A DNA stretch of 64,000 nucleotides from Synchiropus picturatus (taxonomy: Eukaryota): the NCBI GenBank assembly GCA_044231675.1, contig CM094664.1:14232162-14296161 (forward strand). The letters are read 5' to 3'. The position numbers were made by a program, and so were the translations under genes. The notes beneath the pieces are model-generated. The model ran no database searches. It was not told the DNA's origin and was given only the letters and a program-made list of their open reading frames with translations. Below, in pieces: positions 40,401 to 51,000 of this stretch. Position 1 is the stretch's first letter. The number at the start of each line of letters is the position of its first letter.

Positions 40401-40995
40401 ATGGAATGGTGCTACCAAGCTGGACCAAGAGCCCTCCATCTCCTCAGACGTTTCATCATCGCTGGTAGAAGACTGAAGATCACAAGATCACAGAATAAGA
40501 AACACAATTGTACTTGCTGGAGCCACAAAAATATATATGTACATATATACAATATACCGAAGTCGTCTGGTCAAAACTGCTGGGCTCCGCCGCAGATATT
40601 TCCTTTTCACCTCCATCTAGAACAGCTGGTTTCTGCTGTTCACCACCGAGGAATGAGGGAGGATGACAAAAGCGACTGGTGAGGCACGGGGACTGAGAGG
40701 TTGTGGGGAATGAGGCGGAAGGGGTGAGCGTGGAAGAGGCGTCCTTTTTTAGAAGCTTGTTCTCAGTGCTGAGCAGAGAGGAGGGCATGAAGGATGTTGA
40801 GAGCCTTGAGGAGGTGGAGGTGAGAGTGGAGGGTTGCAATGAGGAGCTGGATAGCAAAGGAGGTACAAGCGAGGGGGTCTGCTTCAGGAACTTGTTCTCC
40901 AAGCAAGGGGGCACATAGTTGGAGGTCAAGCTTCGCCCAGCGGGGAGCTGACATGGCTCCCCGACAAGAGTCGGCTGCAACGTCAACGCCTTCAT
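25305..40995 (-). CDS. tep1: tep1, telomerase-associated protein 1 (gene-level CDS span from ATG to stop; >25 exons)
   Basis: Minus-strand exon-sized ORFs carry the diagnostic domains. Reading 5'->3' along the gene, lowest coordinates are the 3' end:
- The TEP1 N-terminal ~30-aa repeats (LENKFLKQTPSL.., ENKLLKKDASS..) are in 40558-40995.
- The TROVE domain (LPFMAMLRNL.., SRQFPFRFLSAY) is in 36734-39486.
- DUF4062 ([39 protein letters not shown]) is at 34334-34867.
- The NACHT Walker A motif (LVDGAQGEGKSVFM) is at 33388-33570, with LLVDGVDL at 32847-33077.
- Ten or more WD40 repeat exons lie in 25305-30700 (e.g. ..GHSGAVTCLTFSPDGAQLLTGGRDQ.., ..VRLWSVPTS..).
The C-terminus ..GDGLGNVYFLSWRG* parallels human TEP1 ..GDVQGNVYFLNWE*. 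Confidence 0.9.
33388..33570 (-). CDS. tep1: tep1 NACHT P-loop exon (EDDEAMSDVLEQEVHQEALQTQCSGRGRQLLAAVDMVQQIQLGGGMMLVDGAQGEGKSVFM)
   Basis: The Walker A motif GAQGEGKS is present. The exon is flanked by CTGCAG acceptor and GTACCT donor on the minus strand. Confidence 0.75.
36196..36673 (-). CDS. tep1: tep1 internal coding exon containing an in-frame acidic tandem repeat (QRHYTVELLDRYRAALEVSVQISCRYNIPPLPGRTVILLP..[NEENGEEEEDSK]n..KLTPS)
   Basis: The single minus-strand ORF 36100-36702 covers it. The acceptor is ..tcttccAG and the donor is GTGAGA. The phase is consistent: 1 nt + 159 codons. Confidence 0.75.
36290..36500 (-). repeat. 36-bp tandem repeat (~5-6 copies, unit cttggagtcttcctcctcttccccgttctcctcatt on +) lying inside a tep1 coding exon
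   Basis: Direct repeats are visible at 36301-36480. On the minus strand they translate in-frame as repeats of N-E-E-N-G-E-E-E-E-D-S-K. The plus-strand poly-Ser ORF 36203..36598 is the antisense mirror of this repeat. Confidence 0.85.
40558..40995 (-). CDS. tep1: tep1 first coding exon (ATG; TEP1 N-terminal repeat region), 146 codons, donor GTATAT
   Basis: MKALTLQPTLVGEPCQLPAG..LENKFLKQTPSLVPP..STENKLLKKDASSTL..SSFDQTTS. The ATG is immediately preceded on the minus strand by a polypyrimidine stretch and CAG, so a non-coding 5' exon upstream is possible. Confidence 0.7.
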
Positions 40996-41883
40996 CTCTG
41001 TATGGAAAGAAATGATCAATAATGAATCAGGCTCACTCAAGATAATACGAGGCGTTCTGCAGCATTCCGCCAGCTGTTTGAACAAGAGCTGCGCAGGGTG
41101 TGTAAATGAAAGACAAAGGTCTATAAAACAACAGGTACAAAGTCTAAAGAGTCCAACCAGACGTTTAATAGGCATCCACTGTGCAAATGTTGATAGAAAT
41201 GTGTACGTTTCCAAGCACGCAACCTGGAAACTCATTTTGAAAATAGTACATCTACACTAAGCTGCAATAATTTGTCGAGACAAGTAAACCCTGCAACAGG
41301 GTTTTTTTTATGTTGCCAGCAGTTATTAAGTATCAAAATGCTAATAATGTTAAGAATTCTTTAACTTCGTGGATGAAAAACTGACTTAAATTCGCGAAAT
41401 GACTGGCAAATCTGAATTGTCGTTGACCAAATGCAAGTCCAAGTTCATGATTGAAGCATGACTCATTACTTTTATGAATGCGTCATGCAATAAACAACGA
41501 GCTGCAAATGAACACAACTTACCGCTGAACATCAACAGTAGAGCTCCGAGGCGGTGTAAACGGTGTTCGAGAACTAAGTCATGTGCTCAAAAGTCGTCTA
41601 AAGCGAAGCTCATTCTGGTTACTATTTACTTCCTGAATCCTTGTGAATCAGGCTGGGCATTGCAGTTACCGTAATGACAGTCTTATGAGAGCAGTCGAAA
41701 AACAACAGCGATCCTTTCTCCCGTTTCCAACATAAAATCCCGTTTAAAACGCTATGATCACCAAATATATCTCATTGTTACATGACAATATTTGCACGGC
41801 AATATTTACATGACGATATTATTTTCTCACAGTGGAATATGTAACGCTTATTCAGGTCGAATTTCCGAAAGGGAATTCGTTTT

Positions 41884-41885
<2 letters not shown>

Positions 41886-41937
<52 letters not shown>
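41886..41937. repeat. (TA)n microsatellite (~26 units) in the tep1/znrf divergent intergenic region
   Basis: tatatatatat... visible in sequence. Confidence 0.95.
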
Positions 41938-41940
<3 letters not shown>

Positions 41941-42536
41941 ATTTAACTTTAATTACATTTACATGATTACATATTTATACTTTTATTAAGTCAAGAAATT
42001 TGAGTTTGAATTACTGCTTGTTTAGATTAACTTTTTTTTTTTACTTAAAACACATTATTGGTCTCACGGTTTTAAAAGCAGTGAGCAATATCTTCTTAAA
42101 AAGTCAACGCTGCGATTCCTTGCTATGACACACATTTTGACTTTGATTTTTGGCATTGGAAACCTCACAGCGTCATCGCGGCGCCCCAGTAAAGGCCTAT
42201 GTTGTGACGTCAGCAAGGGAGCGGAAGTGTACAAGGATCCCAGCTGGAGTCCATCAGGTACCAGAACCGTTACCGTAACTATTGGAGTACGTGGGCTCTT
42301 AAGAGGAAGCGAGCCTGCCAGTTTCCGCTGCAGCACTGAGACCGTGAAAAGAAAGAAAATGTGTCCGGAGAGGACCAAGTGAAGGCCGGGAAGGACAGCT
42401 ATTGTTCCGACACAGTCTTCTTCGACTCTGGGTGGAAGACAAATGTGATCAGCTGGTGTTGCTGCGTTGAGTATCGAAGCGTCGTTTCGAGGTCGTCGTT
42501 GTTGTTTCTCGGTGAGCTAACTCGCTACATAAAGAG

Positions 42537-43062
42537 ATGGGGACGAGAGCGAGTCGCCTCCAGGAAGACCCGGTTCCCCCTGCTTTCGGGAAGGATGGCC
42601 CAAAGCGGGATTCCTACCGGCGACCCCGCTGCGCCAGGCCCACCAGCCTTATGGTCGACTTCTCTGGGAGCTTCGAGGACACGGAGGCCAATCGGAGCCG
42701 ATCGGAGGAAGGCAGCGACTCGGATCTGGGGCAACACGGGGCGAGCGCCGACGGCAGCCCCGCGGACCACCACAGCATCCCCGCTAGCATTAGCCAACCG
42801 TCGCCCGCGGAGGACAACAACAGCGAGGGGAAGCCCGAGGAGGACGCGAGCGTCAACCAGGAGGCTGCGGTCGGGGCCGAGCACCAATCCGGAGAGGAGA
42901 CAGGCCGCACACCCCACCGCACATTTTCCGAGCGGCTGCCTGGAAATCGGCACTCTTCTACCCGCAGCGTTAGCGCCAGATCCGCCCGGGTGCGGGGCTC
43001 GCACCAGCGGCCGGTCTCCGAGGCTTGGATCGGCCTGTACCGCGTTAACAATCGCCATGGCA
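42537..43062 (+). CDS. znrf1: znrf1-like coding exon 1 (175 codons + 1 nt; donor GTAAGT at 43063)
   Basis: ORF 42537..43142 is Ser/Gly/Arg-rich and low-complexity, as ZNRF N-termini are. Phase 1 is compatible with exon 2. Confidence 0.75.
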
Positions 43063-46000
43063 GTAAGTTGGAACGCACTCTGTCGAACCAGTTCTCAGAC
43101 GAGGTGTTTGTTTTGGCCCCTGCATTCACTTATCCAGCGTGAAAATGAAGGTCTTTGCAAACACTCTTAAAACGCGCTGTTTTTATGATGTACAAATAGT
43201 AATACATAATATTAATGGGATGCTTTAGATTTCTCGGTAACATACTCATTAATGCATATGTATCTTAAGTTCTTCTGCATTCCCGAGTCAATCAATTCTG
43301 TCTGTAAACATGTAAAGCAAACCCACAAAAAACACGTTTCTCCACTCTTGTATCGTAAGTAACGGCTGTTAAAGGGGTGTTACTAGGTCTCTAAGGGGGT
43401 TTAAAATGGGGGACAACAAAGTTGCCAAAACAAACTTACAAAGAAAGTGATATTAAACCATTGATGTGCTGTTTATTAAAATGCCACTCTGGCTGCTGTT
43501 ATGATGAATTAATAAGCATCAATGATAATGCATTTTTAACATGAAAACTCTATATTAGACGGCGTATTATTCCACATCTCTAGTACTTCTGTTAAAGACA
43601 ACGTACACATCACACCTTTTATTGATGTTAATATTTACTCACTGGTGTATCAATATTAGCCGATAACTTCAAGTACTTCTTGATGTTGCAGAGCTCTAAT
43701 GATGACATAATTGAGAGGAACTAAAAGTTAAAATACTTCTATAGTCATGTGAGCGGTCGTCACAACAACACGTTCAGAAATACTCCAATAATGCATGACA
43801 TATTGTAGCATGTGTTGTTTTATTATCGTCAGGCCATAAATAACTTGTGACTTCTCAAGTTCCCCTTTGTCAACATGATGGTTGCAGAGCTGTTGTGCAA
43901 CTTATTGAACAAGAATATCCTTTGTGCTAAATAATGAGTAAATTCATCTGGGTACGCTCATTTTGTTGATCTTCACAATTAAATATGACTTATGTGGGCA
44001 CAAACAGCAATTAATATGAAGTGAAATGGGAACGTTTCCTGGCCTAGGATGCAGAAGAAGTGGTCTAATGTTTCTTTTTTCAGCATTTGTGTTGAGTAAT
44101 ACTGTGTTTTTCAGATGCTTTGCTCAGGTTCCACTTCAATCTTTTGTCAGTTATTTTTATGATAATGAGTAAATTCATCTGGGTACGCTCATTTTGTTGA
44201 TCTTCACAATTAAATATGACTTATGTGGGCACAAACAACAATTAATATGAAGTGAAATGGGAACGTTTCCTGGCCTAGGATGCAGAAGAAGTGGTCTAGT
44301 GTTTCTTTTTTCAGCATTTGTGTTGAGTAATACTGTGTTTTTCAGATGCTTCGCTCAGGTTCCACTTCAATCTTTTGTCAGTTATTTTTATGCATGCAGA
44401 GCATAGTCCAGAGAAGCCGCGAGTTAGACCCACGACCAGATGGCAATTAAGTCACCGCTCTGGCTTAGGAATGTCTCTGGATTCTTCAACACACTGTGTT
44501 GATGTAGCGTGGTAATCCCTTGTACTGTGTTGGTGAAGATCCAGTACTCATGATGAACCATTGAAGCAGCCCCTGAACCCAGCCTTACGGAGAACATGAG
44601 CACAAGCGTGACTCCATCCTGTCTGACCTTTTGACCTACCTGGGACATCCTGGTCATGGGTCAGACACACCAGCCTCTCCAATGTAAAGTCAGGCAGGAC
44701 AAACTGGTCCTCACAAGGGTGTCGCCTGGCCACTTCCTCCGTGGGTCGTCTGCGTCCTGCTGGACGGAGTCCAAGCAGCTGACCTAGGACCGGATGGAAA
44801 AATACAATTTTTACTGTGGCTCAAAGAACAGAGATCCATCCGTTAAATTTGTTAGGAGGAGCAACAATGGCTGCATTTTAGCTCCTTGATTTCAATGAAA
44901 ATGAACACGTCAGCAGATGCTGTATGAAACAGTTGACACAGTTTTTCAACCAAGGCCAGTGTAGCTAAATTTGAGGCTAGAATGGGAAATGTCTACTGGC
45001 AATGAACTTGGGTTAGCGGCTATTCAAGTTTACAGGATCCATTTCTAAAGTAGAAAGATGGCAGGCTTGAGTCGTAAAACACAATCTGATGTGCATCATT
45101 TGGCTCGATGCCCACTTGGCTTGTCATTCTTCCCATGAAAGTTCAATTCAGAGAAATCAGAGGCGCTCCCTTGTAATGCGGCTCATTTCATAATATTCAA
45201 CCGGCTATATTCAGATATGCTGATCTTGTGCTGACATTGTTGGCATTCTTGTAGCACTAATCTGTCCATGAACATAAGAAACTCCGCTCAGCTGAAAAAC
45301 TCAAGGGCGTTTAATGCGGCTGACGTGGTCTGTGGTTCACACCTGTCTTTGTTGGTGAAAAGAAAGGCGAGTGTAGAGAAATGTCTCAGCAACATCACTC
45401 GTCAGCGCAGTGGGTTTCCTGCGCCTGAAGTGTAGGGAAGTGGGTCAGAACTTCACATGCTGGCAGCAGCTCAGCGATGGAGAATGTAGGGCAGTGTCGG
45501 CGAGGCGGCGCTGGTGGTGGGTCCCGCCGGCCCGGCCGTCCCTCAGGCAGCCGCGGCACCAAACAATCCGTCGTCACATTGTTCGCAGCTATCTCAGCCA
45601 TGAGAATACTTCCCTTTATACACCAACAGATTGTGTTTCAGCTGTGAAATCTAGATGTCTAAACACGGCGCCGTGGCTCGCTGTGACGTCGGCTTCATGC
45701 ATCTTTCATGCCCGTGTGTGTTAATCTCGGCTCTGATTCTCTCCGCACAGATATCCGCTGTCCTTTCTGCTCCAAGCCTTTCCCCGGGGGACGGATCGAG
45801 GATCACCTGTTGAGCTGCCTCACCTCTCCTCCACTTCCTTACAACAGTGAGCATCCTCTCTGAAAGACGTGTTGTGGTTTTGACAATCTGGAGCTCAGCT
45901 TGGTTCTCTCAACTCTTGGTTTCTAATGTCAGAGTTAAGTCCAGGACACTCTTCACGTGGCTTTTGGAGTCTTACTGCGAGACAAAACATGACCAAAGAT

Positions 46001-48024
46001 TACCTCCGCAACTCGACAACACAAATAACCTCAAGTGTTATTACAACACAGTAGTTGTTAAAAGATTATTTGAGGTATTTTTTGCTGAGTATTTGACCTC
46101 TTTTTTTGCTGAGTAATAAAGCTAATCTTGCCGTCAGTGTTTGAGGACGAGACATCCTGAACCGTCTCAGATCACAAGTGTCACTGTGTCAACAACCGAC
46201 CGGCATCCTCCTTGAGCGTCCGTCACGCCGTTGTCAAACTAACATCACATGACTACGTCGATGAGTCGGCTGGGGAGAGAAGATGACGAAGCTCTTTTTG
46301 AATTCACCTAATGTAGTGATGAACACGCGGCCGACGACACCAGATATTTGTGTAGTGGGGCGGCTGCCTGGATGACCGTGTGGTCCCTTCCATCCAGATG
46401 AATTGTCCTTCAGCATCCCACTTCTTACAGTATTTGTTGAGCTACAAACAAGCTTTTCAATGTCTCAAATTAGAAGGTATTTCAATTTTGTTAATAGTGA
46501 TTTGAAAGCACCTAAGTGCTGAAAGTGCCCCAAATGTCACCAAAAATCCTGGTAAAATTCCAATGTTGCACAGAGCAGGCGACTGGTCTGATGCTGCTTT
46601 CTGTGTCACTGCAGTGTGCACCGAACCAAAACACATCTCAGTGCAGTACTGCAGTGAAGTTTCAAAACAGCTCATCTGAAACTCTGTGACCACTGTGGTT
46701 ATTAGTGCTCAGTGTGTGCGTGTCTGTGTGTTCACAGCGGACGTGCTGAGTAAAGACAGCGGCGAGTGCTCCATCTGCCTGGAGGATCTGGTGCAGGGGG
46801 AGACCATCGCCCGGCTGGCCTGCCTGTGCGTCTACCACAAGAGGTAACCGTCCAGTCATTGCGGTCGCTTCCTACAAGTCAAATGTGTGTTTTCGTGGAA
46901 ACGGGAAGCAGCCAGTCTGCGTGTAACCACACACTTCTGTCTCCGCCCACGGCCCTTCTTCTGCAGCTCAGTGTCTTGGTCTGAAAAGCTCTGCGTCTAC
47001 CAGCAGAACCCGAGTTGTGCTGTACTCCTGTAGAGTGTTGAAGTGGTGAAAGAGTCTAGTCCTCCTGAAGGGTCTTGTCTTCGTCACACTTGCCTCAATA
47101 GGCCTCTTATCCAAGATGGTCTTCTGATAAAGAGCCCCTGAAACCTGTCCTGTCAGGTCGTCTTGCGCTGAAGCATCTTCTCGGGTCGTCGTGATCTCAG
47201 CTGCCATGTGATCCCGATTCTCACCAAGAGCGTTCGCAATAAAAACCAAATTAACAAGGACTGCGGACTCGAGTTTCGGCCCGACTGTGATTGGACGACT
47301 GCAGAAACTGAAGACGGCATCAATGATTTAAGTTTTGACTGTTTCCTAGCCCGTGTACTTTCCAGCCACAGCAAGTCTGGCCTTGCCCCGATCTGTCGTT
47401 GGCTCCGCTCAGACGTTTTCTGGGGGGAAATTGATATCGCAACAAGCTGCTGCGTAATTCCCGATCACAGCTCTTCCTTCCTTAAAACGCTGCTGCGCAA
47501 CATTGCCAACTTGTCGCATGAATCAGTGGTTCTTGCATCTGTGCGTTCTTAGGTGTCTTCCTGTAAGGTCGACTGTGGCGTCAGAATGAATGCTCTCCAA
47601 GCTTTAGCTGTCCTCGTATTCTTCTAGAAGTTTGCCATGATGGCTCATCTGCCCATCTCAAGCTCACACCTCCTATTGATTCAGTGGTCTAAGACAGTCT
47701 TCTGAAGCATGTTCTCATGTTTTAGTCAGGTCTTCACCTGGAGTTCTTTCATCTTCTCGTTGTCTAACTTGTGTTTAGTGGTGTCAAACAGACTTGGTGT
47801 TCTCCAAAACCCACTATCTTGAGCAGCTAGGGTTCCTGAGCTGCTGGTCTTGTGACATCCCAAAAGCTTCTTCTGGTGGGAGACCTGGTGCTGTCTTGAC
47901 TGTTGCTGTATCAACCTCCAGATGGATCAATTGACCAAACTAACCCTGTCTCTTCTCTCCCTTCAGCTGCATTGATTCCTGGTCCAAGGTGAAGCCCTGT
48001 TGCCCCGAACACCCCTTCGATTGA
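42537..48024 (+). CDS. znrf1: ZNRF-family RING-H2 E3 ubiquitin ligase (znrf1-like), gene-level CDS span, 4 coding exons
   Basis: Exon 1 begins MGTRASR.. with Gly2 (an N-myristoylation context, as in ZNRF1/2). Later exons encode IRCPFCSKPFPGGRIEDHLLSCLTSPPLPYN|DVLSKDSGECSICLEDLVQGETIARLACLCVYHKS|CIDSWSKVKPCCPEHPFD*. Human ZNRF1 has FKCPICSKS..LSYNDDVLTKDAGECVICLEELLQGDTIARLPCLCIYHKSCIDSWFEVNRSCPEHPAD. The 'YHKSCIDSW' motif favours ZNRF1 over ZNRF2 (YHKGCIDEW), but the paralog call is tentative. Confidence 0.8.
43930..44400. repeat. Two near-identical tandem copies (~237 bp each) within znrf intron 1
   Basis: 43921-44166 and 44160-44400 repeat 'taatgagtaaattcatctgggtacgctcattttgttgatcttcacaattaaatatgacttatgtgggcacaaaca..' with only a few mismatches. 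Confidence 0.9.
45751..45846 (+). CDS. znrf1: znrf1-like coding exon 2 (zinc-finger region ..IRCPFCSKPF..HLLSCL..)
   Basis: The acceptor is ctccgcacAG and the donor is GTGAGC. The frame is continuous with exon 1, giving the split codon a|at = N. Confidence 0.75.
46738..46843 (+). CDS. znrf1: znrf1-like coding exon 3 (RING-H2: DVLSKDSGECSICLEDLVQGETIARLACLCVYHK)
   Basis: The acceptor is ttcacAG and the donor is GTAACC. The Cys/His spacing matches RING-H2. Confidence 0.8.
47967..48024 (+). CDS. znrf1: znrf1-like terminal coding exon (S)CIDSWSKVKPCCPEHPFD*
   Basis: The acceptor is cccttcAG and the stop is TGA at 48022-48024. The C-terminal CPEHP motif is conserved in ZNRF1/2. Confidence 0.8.
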
Positions 48025-51000
48025 CTTGCAGGTCACGTGGACCCCCAGCAGTGACCAATGAGACTCAGGTAAGTGAAAGAAGAACAGAGCGTCTTTCGTC
48101 TTTCTTGTAGTCGCCTCTTGGTGCTATTAAAGGAGTCTCAGTAGAATACAATATTTGCCCATGAGAACCTTGGCATGGACCTTCTGGGCAGTGAGTGAGT
48201 CCTGACTCCAAACTGAGATTGTTTTTATCCCAGATCCCCACTTTTAGGCCTCTCTTGCCACAACTAGAAGGTGGATTTTGGCTTCTTTGACTTTAGGGAA
48301 CTGCTGTGTTGTAATTCCACCTGGGATTTTCATGATGGTGTGAACCATGAGAATGAAGCTTCAGAACACCCTCTAACACTCCTCCTCCTCCTCCTGCAGG
48401 AGACGACACTGAATCCTAAATATCTACACGACTTTTCAAAAATGTGGAGGAGAGAACTCCAGTGACAAAGGGGCACCAACCTTTTCAACCCGGTCCGGAC
48501 CATTTCGCCTCCTCCACTGAAAGAACTGCTGCTCCATCTGATCTGCACGAGACCTTCGTAAGGGTCTCGGTTTTATGAACTTATTCCCAAACAATGAAAC
48601 CATTGATGACTGACGTCGCTCCTGATGAGGACTGTGGCGTCTCCTGTTTGTTTTCTCTCCCCCAAAAAAGGTTTGCTCGAGTGTTTTGCTTCATCAGATG
48701 AATGTTTGTCTCCTCGGTCAAGCCCATGAGGAACCAAGCGATGATCCGGGCCACCGGTGAGGGCTTGATTCTGGACTTCCTATGATTTTTATGACCTTGC
48801 CTGTAAACATTTCATGGGGGACTTGGGGCTCATCGCTCTCCAGCTCAGTTTTCACCGGGTTCATGTGCTGCTACTCGTCTGTAAGACAGTGTTTGGTAGA
48901 GTAGCTCGCTGCTCTGTTTCTGCACTTTTGTTCCTCCGTGAAATGAGTCAGAGGCTGAGCTCGTTCGGCTGTGGAGCGGGATTCTTCCACAGGTTACCTG
49001 TGATGTAGGTACGCAATGTTGAATGTGGGTCTGGATCCTCCCCTGGAGGTCTGTCAGACCTTAATCTGGAGAAGAACAAAGAGCGTCAGGTTTGATTTCC
49101 CACTACTCTTTTTTTCAAACTTTCTTCTTCAACGTGTCATGGCCATCGCTATCTCTTATCTGGGGTCAAAGTGCATTCGGATGTGAGGCAGGATTTTTAA
49201 CCTGTTGCATGTGGTAGAAAAGTGTGGGTCCGGACCCGTCCCTCTCCTGCTCTCCTGATTTTGGTTAGGCCAGTCCCGAGGCCATGATCTGAGACCATCT
49301 GGTTGTGGATTCATGGCTCCACCGCTGACGGTTCATACATTTTTTTTTTTTTTTAAGATTGCTAATTGTGCTCCTGGATTGCCTTTATTTGCGCGTGATG
49401 AGGCCTTCTGTCCTTACTTTAGGGCTCGGGTCGACAATAGAGGGCGCTCTCAGATGGCATCATCACTGACGCCACCTATCCCCGCTGCTTCTCCCCCGTT
49501 TTTTGCTTTTTGCAGTCTGAGGTGCTATGACCTGTCCCGCCACTAGAGGGCGGCCCCGTGCATGTTTTTGTATTGGTGAATTAAGAGTTTTTATAAAAAT
49601 GCCAAAAGTCTGTGAGGTTGTGCACGAGGAGGTGCGTTCGATGTTACATTTGTCGTGGTGATAAGTTATGACGTTGTATACTCTCGCAAGGCCGGGTGGG
49701 GTGTTTCAGTGTGTTTTTATTCGCCGGGGTGGGATGGGCGTTTGGGTTGTCAACGAAAACATGAGCGACAATCTGAGACCCCGCTGTTTCTGTAACCCCC
49801 TTGACTTTCTGAGCTGTGTGGTGCAATACCTCAATTTTTACCAATGCTAACTATCAAAAACGCTTGCGTGTGTGTGTGCAAACTCTCCAGCCAAGCGCCG
49901 TCTTTTGTGCGTCTTCGGTTCCCCGTCACAGAACACTGTCCTGCGACGGGGAGCCGACGTCTTTCGGATGTTTGTCGTTTTTAAAAGAGCAACCACATGG
50001 ATGGGGTCGTCTTCACCCCCTCGCCCCGAGATACGGACAATCTGCCTTTACTCCGGTTTAAAACAAATTGAGTTTTATTTATTAAATTGTAAATATGTGA
50101 TGAGAGAAGATGGCTTTGGTCTCTGTCTGTTCAATATACTGTTTCTAAGCTCCGATCTTTTGTATGTCTCAGAAATTGTTTTTATATGTATTTTTTACAA
50201 TAAATATGTGTGAAAGAGGATTTGTCAGTTTGTGTATGTTAATAGTATCATTGTTCCTGCTGAGCAATGGACATACTGTGAAGTTACGTGACACCGCTTT
50301 GGATTGTAGGATATCTGCATCAACACAATTGTAAATACAGTGGTACCTCGGTTTTCGAACATCCTGGAATTTGAACAAATCGGATTTCAAACAAAAAATG
50401 TTACATTTTTTTTGCTTTGGATTTCGAACAAAAATCCAGAACTCGAACGGCCCCGAAAAAAGTCGGAAAAACATAACATGCACGGACCGATCGGCTGACC
50501 CACGACGCGCTTTATTGTTTATAACGCAGCCTCTGTATGCAGACGTGTCCTGTTAGCTACATTTACTGACTGTTTTTTCTTCATATTGAGGTGTAGAACC
50601 TTTTCTGTCTCCGCACTGGACCGTGGTAGAGTGCCACAGGGCAGGTGCTCGCTCTCCACACCTCCACTCCAGGGTTTGATGTCCTGTTGTGGGCTGGAGC
50701 TGGGACAGGGATGAGGCGAGTCTGGGACAGAGCGTGACTTGGTTTATGACTTGGTCACAGCCAAACTGCACAGAAGCGCACATTCAGAGCTGGACACGCA
50801 CCGGGCACCTCTTCACTTCTGGAGAGACGTCACTCACTCGGCAACCCCTCCCACATGCAGCGGCCACACACATAGAGGAACAGCGCACCTGCAGCAGACA
50901 CTCTACATTCACTCCTACAAAAGACTATTTTAAGGCTGGGAACGCATTAGTTCTTTTTCCATTCATTGTAATGGGAAAAATCGATTTGGATTTCAAACAA

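Noticed and set aside
42525-43129. Long minus-strand ORFs (177 and 171 aa) overlapping znrf exon 1
   Set aside because: They are antisense, GC-rich, low-complexity frames opposite a well-supported coding exon. No homology or splice support.
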